DNA of 64,000 nucleotides, from the NCBI RefSeq assembly GCF_963921235.1, contig NC_086097.1, positions 121,584,001 to 121,648,000 of the forward strand, written 5' to 3'. Below, piece after piece: positions 36,030 through 50,641 of this stretch. Within the stretch, counting starts at the first letter, position 1; every line of letters starts with the position of its first letter. The position numbers and the translations under genes were made by a program. Below the pieces are notes generated by a model. The model made no database searches, was not told where the DNA came from, and saw only the letters and a program-made list of their open reading frames with translations. This DNA is from Mobula hypostoma. Lineage: Eukaryota.

Positions 36030-37469
36030 TCTTCCACTGAGAGATCTGACACCTGCCCAGGTTCATTTCCCATTACCAGATCAAGTACAGCCTCTCCTCT
36101 CGTAGGCTTATCTATCTCTTGTGTCAAGAAACCTTCTTGAACACAGCTAGCAAACTCCATCCCGTTTGAACTCCTCACTCTGAGGACATGCCAATCGATA
36201 TTTGGGAAATTAAAATCTCCCACCACGACAACCCTCTTCTTTGAAATCTCTTGGCCTCCAAGCCACCTGAGCGATCAAACTCTGCTGCTTCTCACATTCA
36301 TCTACAGTACCAATTCCCTCTTCCTCTACCTCTATCTGTGATCCCCTTGACTATTGGCCCCACCTTTGAGCCCCCTCCCCCCACCCTATCTTGCTCAACC
36401 AATAGTCACCACATGAACTGCAAGAAGCTCCAAACAAGGTCACAAGATGTTCTCTGCATGAAACTTTACTGGTTAACTCTGTTACACTGCCTATTGAACA
36501 AAGGGACAGATCCTGAAATTTAAGGCAATCAGACTTTAAAAAAAATTAGAGGGTGAAGTTTCTCAGCCTAAAACATCAACTATTTATTACTCTTCATAGT
36601 TGCTACCTGATCTGTTGAGTTCTTCTAGCATTGTGTGTATGTTGTTTAGGATTTCCAGCATCTGCAGAATCTCATGTGTTAAAGAAATTAGAGATTAGCT
36701 TTATTTGTCCCATGTACTTTGAAACATTGAAATATACAGTGAAATGCTTGATTGTGTGTCAATGCCAACACAGTCTGAGGATTGTGCTGGGCAGCCTACA
36801 AGTTTTGCCGTACTTTCAGCACCAACATAGCACACTCACAGCTTACAAAGCCTAACCTGTATGTCTTTGGAATGTGGGAGGAAACCAGAACCTCCCAGAG
36901 AAACTCGTGCAATTAAGAAGGAGAACTTACCAACTCCCTTGCGGACAGTGGTGGCAATCAAACCCCGATTAGTGATCTCTGGCGCTCTGAAGTGATTATG
37001 CTATCTGCTGTGGTACTGTGCCGCCCTAGGCCTGAGGCAGTGAGTGAGAAGGTGAACATGCGGGACAAAACCTACTGTTCCAGCTATAAAGTTTGCACTA
37101 TTAATAACAGCATGGTCCTTTGTACATAGGAAGGGATCATCATACTTGATGCTATCATTATCCAAAATAGGATAGATTCAGAACAGAACAGATCTAGCAA
37201 CTCAGATCTTGTATCCATGAGCAGCAGAAGAAATGCATTCCACGTATGCCTAAATTTAAGTTACAGGCTATAATTTAGTCTACCACGGTGGTGCATAACC
37301 TATAGTCTTCTGACTATATTTGGCCAGAAGACAGTTGAGTCCATCCTACTAAGTGAGCCACAAAGTGCCTACACCTTTTCATTCCCATGCCAGAGTTTAA
37401 CAGCTGGGAGTGCCTTGAGCACAGTTGTCTCACCATAGGCCAAACCAAGGAGTCACCAGTATTTTACTG

Positions 37470-37750
37470 TACACTCAATGACCACTTTATTAGTGGAATT
37501 TGGTGCTGTCTTCTGCTGCTGTAGCCCATCCACTTCAAGGTTCGGCGGGCTGTGAGTTCAGAGATGTTCTTCAGCACACCACTGTTGCAATGTGTGGTTA
37601 TCTGAATAACTGTCACTTTCCTGTCAACTTGAACTAGTCTGGCCATTCTCCTCTGACCTCTTACTAACAAGGTGTTTTCGCCCACAAACTGCCAGTCACT
37701 GGATGTTTTTTTTGTTTTTTTGCACCATTCTCTATAAACTCCGGTTATTG
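37470..37750 (-). mobile_element. Partial Tc1/mariner-type MITE
   Basis: TA|cactcaatgaccactttattag start; internal similarity to the other copies. Confidence 0.65.
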
Positions 37751-38496
37751 TTGCCTGTTTAGAGATGCAGGGTGGAACTGGGCCTTCCTGCCCAACAAAC
37801 CCCCCCCCTATTTAACACCTATTAAATAAAAAATACATAACATAAAAAGAATAGTGAGCTTGGTGAGGTCCATAGGAAAAGGTGCTTGTGATTTGCCATA
37901 AGGCTGCTAAATTTCTAACAGGTTCAAGTAAATAAACTTCCCCTGTATCTCTTATGGCTGTGGATCTGCTTGTTACCAAGTTAAGATAGTAGACAATTCA
38001 GGACACACTCTCCAGTTATGTCCTTGGGGAAAATTGAAGGACCTGATTAACAGTCTCGACCCAAAACATCGATTGTTTATTCCTCTCCGTAGATGCTGCC
38101 TGACCTGCTGAGTTCCTCCAGAATTTTATGTGCTGCTCCTAATTAATATTTGTTAGTTTAAATTGTAGAGTTTTACATAAGTATTCAAATATTCTTTTGA
38201 TGAATTTCCTGAATCTATTTGCATTTTTTAAATTAACAGTTGTAGCCAAATCAATTTTACAAGAAAGCAGAGAAGCTGGTGGGGTGCAAACTTTTATTTC
38301 AAAGTTCAAAGTATATTTATTATCAAAGTACATATATGTCACTATATACTGTTCTGAGGTTTATTTTCTTGATTCTATTGTGTTTTATTTTCACAAATAC
38401 ATTAGAATTAATGAAAACTATACACAAAAATGGACAAGTGACCGATGTGCAAAAGACAGTAAATTGCACAAATACAAAAAGAAAAACAAAATAATA

Positions 38497-40305
38497 ATAG
38501 AAACATAGAAACATAGAAAATAGGTGCAGGAGTAGGCCATTCGGCCCTTCGAGCCTGCACCGCCATTTATTATGATCATGGCTGATCATCCAACTCAGAA
38601 CCCAGCCTTCCCTCCATACCCCCTGACCCCTGTAGCCACAAGGGCCATATCTAACTCCCTCTTAAACATAGCCAATGAACTGGCCTCAACAGTTTGCTGT
38701 GGCAGAGAATTCCACAGATTCACCACTCTCTGTGTGAAGAAGTTTTTCCTAATCTCGGTCCTAAAAGGCTTCCCCTCTATCCTCAAACTGTGACCCCTCA
38801 TTCTGGAACTCCCCAACATCGGGAACAATCTTCCCGCATCTAGCCTGTCCAATCCCTTTAGGATCTTATACGTTTCAATCAGATCCCCCCTCAATCTTCT
38901 AAATTCCAACGAGTACAAGCCCAGTTCATCCAGTCTTTCTTCATATGAAAGACCTGCCATCCCAGGAATCAATCTGGTGAACCTTCTTTGTACTCCCTCT
39001 ATGGCAAAGATGTCTTTCCTCAGATTAGGGGACCAAAACTGCACACAATACTCCAGGTGTGGTCTCACCAAGGCCTTGTACAACTGCAGTAGTACCTCCC
39101 TGCTCCTGTACTCGAATCCTCTCGCTATAAATGCCAGCATACCGTTCGCCTTTTTCACCGCCTGCTGTACCTGCATGCCCACTTTCAATGACTGGTGTAT
39201 AATGACACCCAGGTCTCGTTGCACCTCCCCTTTTCCTAATCGGCCACCATTCAGATAATAATCTGTTTTCCTATTTTTGCCACCAAAGTGGATAACTTCA
39301 CATTTATCCACATTAAATTGCATCTCCCATGAGTTTGCCCACTCACCCAACCTATCCAAGTCACCCTGCATCCTCTTAGCATCCTCCTCACTGCTAACAC
39401 TGCCACCCAGCTTCGTGTCATCCGCAAACTTGGAGATGCTGCATTTAATTCCCTCATCCAAGTCATTCATATATATTGTAAACAACTGGGGTCCCAGCAC
39501 TGAGCCTTGCGGTACCCCACTAGTCACCGCCTGCCATTCTGAAAAGGTCCCGTTTATTCCCACTCTTTGCTTCCTGTCTGCTAACCAATTCTCCACCCAC
39601 ACCAATACCTTACCCCCAATACCGTGTGCTTTAAGTTTGCACACTAATCTCCTGTGTGGGACCTTGTCAAAAGCCTTTTGAAAATCCAAATATACTACAT
39701 CCACTGGTTCTCCCCTATCCACTCTACTAGTTACATCCTCAAAAAATTCTATGAGATTCGTCAGACATGATTTTCCTTTCACAAATCCATGCTGACTTTG
39801 TCCGATCATTTCACCGCTTTCCAAATGTGCTGTTATCACATCCTTGATAACTGACTCCAGCAGTTTCCCCACCACCGACGTTAGGCTAACTGGCCTATAA
39901 TTCCCCGGTTTCTCGCTCCCTCCTTTTTTAAAAAGTGGGGTTACATTAGCCACCCTCCAATCCTCAGGAACTAGTCCAGAATCTAACGAGTTTTGAAAAA
40001 TTATCACTAATGCATCCACTATTTCTTGGGCTACTTCCTTAAGCACTCTAGGATGCAGACCATCTGGCCCTGGGGATTTATCTGCCTTCAATCCCTTCAA
40101 TTTACCTAACACCACTTCCCTACTAACATGTATTTCACTCAGTTCCTCCATCTCACTGGACCCTCTGTCCCTTACTATTTCTGGAAGATTATTTATGTCC
40201 TCCTTAGTGAAGACAGAACCAAAGTAATTATTCAATTGGTCTGCCATGTCCTTGCTCCCCATAATCAATTCACCTGTTTCTGTCTGCAGGGGACCTACAT
40301 TTGTC
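38497..40305 (-). mobile_element. Young 5'-truncated CR1 LINE with an uninterrupted RT frame (38595-40305)
   Basis: [53 protein letters not shown]; (TTTCTATG)n tail; inserted in a Rex/Babar-type 3' fragment. Confidence 0.95.
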
Positions 40306-41045
40306 TGTACAATACAAATAGCTGAATAAGTAAACAATATTGAGAACGGGAGTTGTCGAGTCCTTGAAAGTGAGTCCATCGATTGTAGAATCAGTTGAGA
40401 GCTCAGTGTTGGGGTGCGCGAATTTATCCACTCTGGTTCAGGAGCCTGATGGTTGACTATTAGTAACTGTTCTTGAACCTGGAGGTGTGGGACATTAGGC
40501 TCTTGTACCTCCTTTCTGATGGCAGCAGCGAGAGAAGACCATGGCCTAGATGGTGAGGATCCATGATAATAGATACTGCTTTCCTGCGATAGTTCTCCTT
40601 GTAGATGTGTTCAATAGTGGAGAGGTCTTTATCTGTGATAGACTAGGCAGTGTTCACTATCATTTGAAGACTTTTCCTTTCAAAGTTGTGATACAACTAG
40701 ACAGTATGCTCTTCACTGTGGTTTGTCAAAGAAGTTTGTCAAAGTTTTAGATGATATGCTGAATCTTCAAGTAGGGGCACTGCTGTACCTACTTTGTAAT
40801 GGCATTTGCATGCTGAACCCAGGACAGACACTTGTGTCCTGGACCACACCATGTGCGTTTGTGGAGTTCTATTGTATTCTGGTTAATTTGAAGACACTGC
40901 AAAAAGAATTATAACTGTAAACCAATTTTCTTTAGATTCTTCAATACAATATAGTAGAGAAATATGTGAGGCAAATAAGGTATTGTTTACTGCCTATTGT
41001 TTCCACTTCATATGAATGCTATGTTTTCATCTTTCTGTTTTTTAG

Positions 41046-41244
41046 GTCAGAGTAATTCAGAGATTACAATATCACTTCACAGTGAGAATTCCTGTGATTC
41101 TGAACCTGCTTCGGAGCAATGTGCAGTTGTTACTCCTCAGTTCTTGTCAGCTGTATGCAGCTTGCTTTCTAACTTACTGGCAGTCGTTCCAGAAGACACA
41201 TTAACTGGATTCAAGCAAAACCACCTTCTTGAAGCTTTCATTGG
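41046..41244 (+). CDS. RTTN: Rotatin exon (window exon 6): GQSNSEITISLHSENSCDSEPASEQCAVVTPQFLSAVCSLLSNLLAVVPEDTLTGFKQNHLLEAFI(G)
   Basis: ctgtttttttag acceptor, gtgagt donor, 199 nt, phase 1/2; VTP..LSA.CSLL.NLL motif. Confidence 0.93.
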
Positions 41245-42284
41245 GTGAGTGATCACCGTAAGATCATTTGGAACTCGTTGAAGCCTGGTAATTTCTTGCT
41301 CAAGACCGCCAGAGGATGTTAACATTTAGTTTGCCTGAGAAGGGCATTTTGTTGTCTGGCCCACTTTGGAAGTATATGTTGATGAAGTGTGTGGGTAGGG
41401 AAGTAGCCAGGTCTATCTCATCAACCAATGGATTGAAGAATGAAAAATAATGGAACAGTATACACTAAATTAGAACGAAATCAGGACTGAAAGAGAAATA
41501 GAATGGAAAAGAGGCTGCATTGAAAAGAATCAAAATGAAGCAAGTTAATTGTTTAATGTATCCAAGTGAGAATGAGATTCCACTCTTTATATCCTTTCCT
41601 TTCTGGTTGTCATTATAAAAAGTTCAAAGTAATTTTATTATCAAAGTATGCATACGTCACCATATAGTATCCTGAGATTCATTGTTTTGCAGGCATTCAC
41701 AGTGGAACAAACAAATTCATAGAATCAATGAAAAACTGCACACAAAGACTGACAAACAACCAATGTACAAAATAAGACAATCTGTGCAAATACAAAAATG
41801 AATAATAATTAATTAATAATACTGAGAACTTAAGTTGTAGACTCCTTGAGAGTCCATAGGTTGTGGAATCAATTCTGCTTTGAGGTGAATGAAGTTACTC
41901 TCACTGGTTTAGAAGCCTGATATTTGAAGAGTAATAACTGTTCCTTAACTTGATTGTATGGGACCAACAGTTCCTGTACCTCCTTCCTGACAGCAGTAGC
42001 AAGGAAAATGCATGGCTTGAATGGGCAAAGTGATTGATGGATGCTGCTTTCTTATGGTGGCATCCTTGAAGATGTGCTCCATGGTGAAGAGGGCTTTGCC
42101 ATTGATAAAATGGGCTTGTTATGGGCTTTTCCTTTCTTGAGCATTTATGCTTCCATACTAGGCCTAATGCAACCAGTAAGGATACCCTCCACTATGCATC
42201 AGTAGATGGTATGTGTAGTTCTGGCCTCAATTTCCTCTCAGGAGTTTAACTGGTCATCTATCCACAATCTGCTTCAAAAAGCAA

Positions 42285-42535
42285 CATTCGAGTTCCATCG
42301 AGATGCAATACAGAGCATCATAGGAAGTCATTCCTGCCTGTGGCCATGAAACTTTACAACTCCTCCCTTGGAGGGTCGGACACCCTGATCCAATAGGCTG
42401 GTCCTGGACTTATTTCCTGGCATAATTTACATATTACTATTTAACTATTTATGATTTTATTACTATTTATTATTTATGGTGCAACTGTAACGAAAACCAA
42501 TTTCCCCTGGGAACAATAAAGTTTGACTATGACTA
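42285..42535 (+). mobile_element. Short 3' fragment of the Rex/Babar family seen at 56523-58412
   Basis: Near-identical to 58185-58412, with the same gactatgact tail. Confidence 0.8.
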
Positions 42536-43014
42536 TTAATACAACTAACTTGATTAAACTAGCGATTAATTTAGCAGGATTTGTAAGGCTATGCACACAG
42601 CTAATTAATCACTCTTACAAGATAACTGAGAAAGCCATCTGATAAAATTTTAACAAAAACTATTTTAATTCTTGGTGAGAAACAAACAGATAGAAATAAC
42701 AGCCTCATGAAAGGCACATATCTTTAATCTGTATCTCAGCACGTTTGATTGGCAAGCCCTCATACAAATATTGTCAGTTGTTCCCTTATTGCATATAGAA
42801 AATCATGGTTGCTGAGAAGGGAGTTCGAAATGGATGGTCCCTTCTGATGACTTGAGAATTTTAAAATCTCAGTTCTTTTAAAAAGTGCATTAACATTGAC
42901 AAGCATGGAGTATTATGTCAAAAATGTCTTGACATTCTACTGTTGCCCAAGAATACGGTCTTTGAACCTTTATCTTATACATAGTTGATGTATGTATGTG
43001 TGTGTATATATATA

Positions 43015-44619
43015 CAGTGGCATGCAAAAGTTTGGGCACCCCGGTCAAAATTTCTGTTACTGTGAATAGCTAAGTGAGTAAAAGGTGACCTGATTTCCAA
43101 AAGGCATAAAGATGCCACAATTCTTTACTATTTTAAGCAAGATTACTTTTTTATTTACATCTTTTAGAGTTTCAAAATAACAAAAAAGGAAAAGGGCCTG
43201 AAGCAAAAGTTTGGGTACCCTGCATGGTCAGTACTTAGTAACACCCCCTTTGGCAAGTATCACAGCTTGTAAACGCTTTCTGTAGCCAACTAAGATTCTT
43301 TCAATTCTTGTTTGGGGGATTTTCACCCATTCTCTCTTGCAAAAGGCTTCTAGTTCTGTGAGATTCTTGGGCTGTCTTGCATGCACTGCTCTTTTGAGGT
43401 CTATCCACAGATTTTCGATGATGTTCAGGTCAGGGGACTGTGAGGACCATGGCAAAACCTTCAGCGTGCGCCTCTTGTGGTAGCCCATTGTGGATTTTGA
43501 GGTGTGTTTAGGATCATTATCCTGTTGTAGAAGCCATCCTCTTTTCATCTTCAGCTTTTCTACAGACAGTGTGATGTTTGCTTCCGGAATTTGCTGGTAT
43601 TTAATTGAATTCATTCTTCCCTCTGCCAGTGAAACGTTCCCCGTATCACTGGTTGCAACACAATCCCAAAGCAGGATCGATCCACCCCCGTGCTTAACAG
43701 TTGGAGAGGTGTTCTTTTCATGAAATTCTGCACCCTTTTTTCTCCAAACATACCTTTGGTCATTGCGGCCAAAAAGTTCTATTTTAACTCCGTCTGTCCA
43801 CAGGACTTGATTCCAAAATGCATCAGGCTTGTTTAGATGTTCCTTTGCAAATTTCTGACGCTGAATTTTGAGGATGCAGGAAAGGTTTTCTTCTGATGAC
43901 TCTTCCATGAAGGTCATATTTGTGCAGGTGTCACTGCACAGTAGAACAGTGCACCACCACTCCAGAGTCTGCTAAATCTTCCTAAAGGTCTTTTGCAGTC
44001 AGACGGGGGTTTTGATTGCTTTTCTAGCAAACCTACAAGCAGTTCTCTCGGAAAGTTTTCTTGGTATTCCAGACCTCAACTTGACTTCCACCGTTCCCGT
44101 TAACTGCCATTTCTTAATTACATTACGAACTGAGGAAATAGCTACCTGAAAACACTTTGCTACCTTCTTTTAGCCTTCTCCTGCTTTGTGGGCATCATTT
44201 ATTTTAATTTTCAGAGTGCTAGGCAGCTGCTTAGAGGAGCCCATGGCTGCTGATTGTTGGGACAAGGTTTGAGGAGTCAGGGTATTTATAAAGCTTTGAA
44301 AGTTGCGTCACTTGGCCTTTCCTAACGATGATTGTCATAGCCCTAACAAGCTTATTAAGGTCTGAGACCTTAGTAAAAGTTATCCGAAAGCTCAAATCTC
44401 TTGGGGTGCCCAAACTTTTGCATGGTGTTCCTTTCCTTTTTTTCACTCTAAAATTGTACAAAACAAAAATAATACCCTAATCTTGCTTAAAATGTTGAAA
44501 AGAATGTTTCATCTTTATCTTTATGACTTTTGGAGATCAGTTCATCTTCTACTCACTTAACTATTCACAGTAACAGAAATTTTGACCGGGGTGCCCAAAC
44601 TTTCTTTTGCATGCCACTG
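43015..44619 (-). mobile_element. Full-length Tc1 (IR/DR type) DNA transposon with a disrupted transposase (44244->43228)
   Basis: TIR cagtggcatgcaaaag at both ends, ~200-bp inverted repeats with inner direct repeats; WTD..., QQDNDPKH and SPDLNIIEN (DD34E) motifs. Confidence 0.93.
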
Positions 44620-44647
44620 TGTGTGTGTGTTTGTGTATATATGTGTA

Positions 44648-44689
<42 letters not shown>

Positions 44690-44719
44690 CACACATACAC
44701 ACATACGCATACACATACA

Positions 44720-44779
<60 letters not shown>
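44618..44779. repeat. Compound microsatellite (TG)n-(TA)n-(CA)n
   Basis: Directly visible. Confidence 0.95.
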
Positions 44780-46362
<1,583 letters not shown>

Positions 46363-47184
46363 TATATATTATCTGCTTGCGGAGGGGAGGCACCTGTTCC
46401 TAAAATGTTCAGTGTGTATCTCAGGCTCTAGTACCTCCCATCTGACCGTAGAGATCCTCCTCCCTAGTGATAGCAATACAATCACAGTACTTCAGGAGAG
46501 AATTGTGACACGTTACATTGTCCCTTAAGATTGGAAATAAACAAAATTTTTTAAACAACCATTGAAGGAGAAGGCACTCTGTGTATGAGCTATGTTGCAC
46601 CAAAGGGACTTTTTTAAAATCTTGTATCTGTTCTACATTAATTGTCTGTTTGAAATGTTTTAGACATCCTAATTAGGCACATAAATTCTTTTAATGGGTA
46701 TATATTTGTACATGTGTTCTATGAGCAGTAGGAACTGATTATTATACTTTGCATCATCTTAAACATTAGAAAACATGACTCACACACTACCAATTCATGT
46801 TTTTGCTTTCCAACAGCATTCTTATTGACGCTTGGTAATTGTATACAAATAGTTGCCTTCATCCCTTGTTTACTGTCAAAGGGATGACTAATTATGTGGT
46901 ATTGCAGAATTTGTTCTTCATTCCTTTAGATATTGTATTGCTATGCTCATTCTGAAATAAAGGCAAGTGACAATTCAGTGGAAACCAGACAGAAACTTTG
47001 ACACAATATCAATATTTTAGCCTCTGGATCAGTTGTGGATTTGAAGCCTAAATTGTTCCTTGAGCAGATTTACATTCAGTTAACTAGAATTCTTTTCTTT
47101 CTCTTTTTTTCGCACTCACTCACTCGTGTTCTCACATTCACACATATTCTCACACTCACTCACTCAAAACTTGATTATTTTTTA

Positions 47185-48506
47185 GGTATATAGCCCAGTG
47201 TATTATTAAACAAAGATAACAAACAGGTGCTAATGATCAATGACATAATGAGTTGCATGAACTAAACTGATTAATTGAAACAGAAATGGGTGTAGAACAA
47301 ATCTAACTGGGCTAAGGACAACCAAACTAAAAAGTGAGGGTGTGGCAGATATAACAGTTTAACCTTCAAATCATCAATCCTTACACCATGGCAAGAGTGA
47401 GTATAGCATCAAGGCACAAGGTGGTCATCCTGCATCAGCAAGGCCTATCCCAAGCAGAAATTTTGCAGCAGATGGGAATTTCAAAAAAATGCTGTCTGAG
47501 CAATTCTGAAAAAGCACAAAGAAACGGGCAAGGTTGAAGACCAGAAATTCAGTGCAGCAGATGAGAGACACATCAACCTGATGTCCTTTCTAAATCGGAA
47601 GAGGTCCGGCACTGCTATCAACTCTGAAATCAGAGAAACCACTGGAACCCAAGTACACACCTCTGCAGTCTAGAAAAGTCTTGTCTGAAGTGGCCTTAGA
47701 AGGGTTACTGTTAAAAAGCCATTGCTCCTAAATTGAAACAGACAAGAGACTCAGATATGCACAAAAACACACAGACTGGGGTGCTGAACAATGGCAGCAA
47801 TGCTCTGGACTGACGAGTCAACATTTGAAATTTTTGGCTCAAGCAGGGGCAGATTGTCCTTAGAAAAGCTGGAGAGCGCTACATGGATGAGTGTCTTCAG
47901 CCAACAGTGAAACACGGTGGAGGCTCTCTGCACTTTTGGGGCTGCATTTCTGCAAGTGGTGTTGGTAATCTGGTCAGAATTAAAGGATTATTCAATGCTG
48001 AGAAATACAAGCAAGTCTCATAGATCACACAGTAAACCATTAGAGAGATATCTGATCAGTCCCAGTGTCATTCTGCAGCAGGACAATGACCCGCAAAACA
48101 TGGCCAAAGTTATAAAGATCTATTGTCAGTAAAAAGAAGAATGAAGAGTTCTACAACAGATGTTATGGCCTCCACAGAGTCCTGATTTCAACAATCATCA
48201 AGGCTGTTAGGGGTTAGCTGGAGAGACAGCAGTAAGCAAGGCAGTCAAAGTCTGCAGAAGCACTGAGGCAAGTTCTACAAGGTGCTTGGAACAACCTACC
48301 AGCTGATTTTCTTACAAAACTGCACCAAGTGTACCAAAGAGAATTGATGCAGTTTTAAAGGCAAAGGGTGGTCAGACCAGATATTGATTTGATAGTTTTT
48401 TTATTGTTTACTGATCTATATAGTAATTTTTTTCATATTTGAAAACTTTTTATTATTTTTGAAAGCATCTTTGCTTTACAGAATTTTTTACATACGCCTA
48501 AGACAG
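47185..48506 (+). mobile_element. Decayed Tc1-like transposon
   Basis: ATG at ~47388 (MARVSIASRHKVVILHQQG), WTDESTFE, LQQDNDP, WPPQSPD remnants. Confidence 0.8.
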
Positions 48507-48527
48507 TATTTTATATGTGTATATGTA

Positions 48528-49893
48528 CGGTTGCAAGAAAAGTTTTGTGAACTGACTGCAGTTACCTGGTTTTCTGCATAAAATGTGGTCTGATCTTCAT
48601 CTAAGTCACAATAATAGACAAACACGAACTGCCGAAACTAATAACACACTAACAATTGTTCTTCTCGTAATACTGAGAACAACATTTAAACAATCACAGT
48701 CTAGGTTCAAAAAAGTATGTGAACTTCTGTGCTAAAGGCTTCTACAAACACTATTTGGAGTCAGGTGTCCCAATGAATGAGATGAGATTGGAGGTGTGGA
48801 TTGTGGAGGTACCCTGACCTATAAAAAGGACACACAAAGTCAGGTTACTGACAGAGCCTGCTCTACTGAAGAAACATCTGTTTATGTGCACTATGCCACA
48901 ATTAAAACAATTTTCAGAGGACTTTAGAAGAATTGTAGAGATGCATGAAGCTGGAAAAGGGTACGACGCATTTCTGAAGACCTGAGAGTTCATCAGTCCA
49001 CAGTAATAGAAATTGTCTGCAAATGGAGGAAATCAGTACTGCTACTTCTCTCCCTAGGAGTGGGCATCCTTCAAAGTTCACACGAAAGGCACATAATGCA
49101 ATGCTGAAGGAGGTAAAAAGAACCCAAGACCTGCAGAAATCTCAAGAACTTGCTAAAGTCTCTGTTCATGTGTCTATATAAGAAAATTATTGAACAAGAA
49201 TGGTGTACTTAGAAAGACAGCATGGAGGAAACCATGGCTCTCTTAAAAAAAAACATTACTACATGTCTCAAGTTTGCAAAAGACCACCTATATGTTCCAG
49301 AACACTTCTGGGACAATGCTTTGTGGACAGATGAAACATAAGTTGAACTTTTTGGCAGAAATGCACACAACTTTGGAGGAAAAAGGACACTGCATACCAA
49401 CACCAACACCTCATCCCAACTGTGAAGCATGGTGGAAGGAACATCATGGTTTGGGGCTGCTCAGCTGCCGCAAGGCCTGGACGGTTTGCAATCGTTGAGG
49501 GAACAATGAGTTCAAAATTGTATTGAGACAATTTTACAGGAGAATGTCAGAGTAGCGGTCTGTCATCTGAAGCTTAATAGAAGTTGGATGACACAACAAG
49601 ACAATGATCCAAAACACAAGAGTAAATCAACCTCAGAATGGTTTAAAAAGAAGAAAATTTGTGTTTTGGAATGGCCAGGTCAGAGTCCAGACCTTAACCC
49701 AATCGAGATGCTGTGGCATGACCTGAAGAGGGCTGTTTATGCAAGATATCCCAAAAATATTGATGAACTGAAACAGTTTTATATGGAGGGGTGGTCTAAA
49801 ATTTCTCATCACCAATGTTCAAGTCTGATCAGCAGCTACAGGAAGAGTTTGATGGAGTTTATTGCTGCTAAAGGAGTTTCTTCCAGTTATTAA
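48528..49893 (+). mobile_element. Tc1-like transposon with a decayed transposase; right TIR missing
   Basis: TA|cggttgcaagaaaag left end with an inner repeat at ~48710; WTDET, QQDNDPKH, SPDLNPIE motifs. Confidence 0.85.
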
Positions 49894-50290
49894 ATACATT
49901 TTATCTATTTAAATACATAATTTGTCACTCAGTTAAACAGCAGTGAGCTATTTCCATGAAACCTCAGCTAATTGGGCAGCTGCTTAACTGGGCTGAAATG
50001 TACTGGTCCCAATCTGTTGCAATTAATCAGAATCTACTGCATTTGAGATTTTTTGAGAATATAATATTCATACCTTTGCAGTATTGTGAGCAATATTGGG
50101 CACCTTACCTAAAAAAAAAATGTCTTGGCATTGCAGCTGGTCCAGAGGAGATTCACGAGGATGGTCCTGGCACTGAAAGGGTGAGGAGCATTTGATAGCT
50201 CTGAGCCTGTACTCACTGGAGTACAGAAGAATGAGGGGATCTCATTGAAAATTATTGAAGGTCTGAGATAGAGTGGGTGTTGAGATGATA

Positions 50291-50605
50291 GAGTGGGCAC
50301 GTGGCCAAGTGGTTAAGGCATTTGACTAGCGATCTGAAGGTCGTGAGTTCGAGCCCCAGCTGAGGCAGCGTGTTGTATCCTTGAGCAAGGCACTTAACCA
50401 CACAGTACTCTGCGACGATTCTGGTGCCAAGCTGTATTAGCCCTTGCCTTTCCCTTGGACAACATCGGTGTTGTGTAGAGGGGAGACTTGTAGGAATGGC
50501 AACTGCTGGTCTTCCATACAACCTTGCCCAGGCCTGCGCCCTGGAGAGTGAAGACTTTCCAGGTGCAGATCCATGGTCTCGCAAGACTAACGGATGCCTT
50601 TAAAC
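50291..50605 (+). mobile_element. tRNA-derived SINE with a CORE-like central motif
   Basis: A box TGGCCAAGTGG, B box GTTCGAGCC, tccttgagcaaggcacttaacc motif; 10-bp TSD tgagatgata. Confidence 0.85.
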
Positions 50606-50641
50606 TGAGATGATATTTGCAATAGTGGGGGAGTCTAGGAT

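Larger units (their letters stand above)
32374..36233 (-). mobile_element. Decayed CR1 LINE (endonuclease remnant + RT) with two nested insertions
   Basis: [40 protein letters not shown] motifs; (TTTCTATG)n tail. Confidence 0.9.

Noticed and set aside
40306..40379. N-terminus of the 594-aa ORF 38595..40379
   Set aside because: Read-in from a flanking unrelated repeat; CR1 homology stops at about 40305
50294..50365. Possible tRNA gene
   Set aside because: It is a SINE head: followed by a CORE-like body and flanked by a TSD, with no proper acceptor stem
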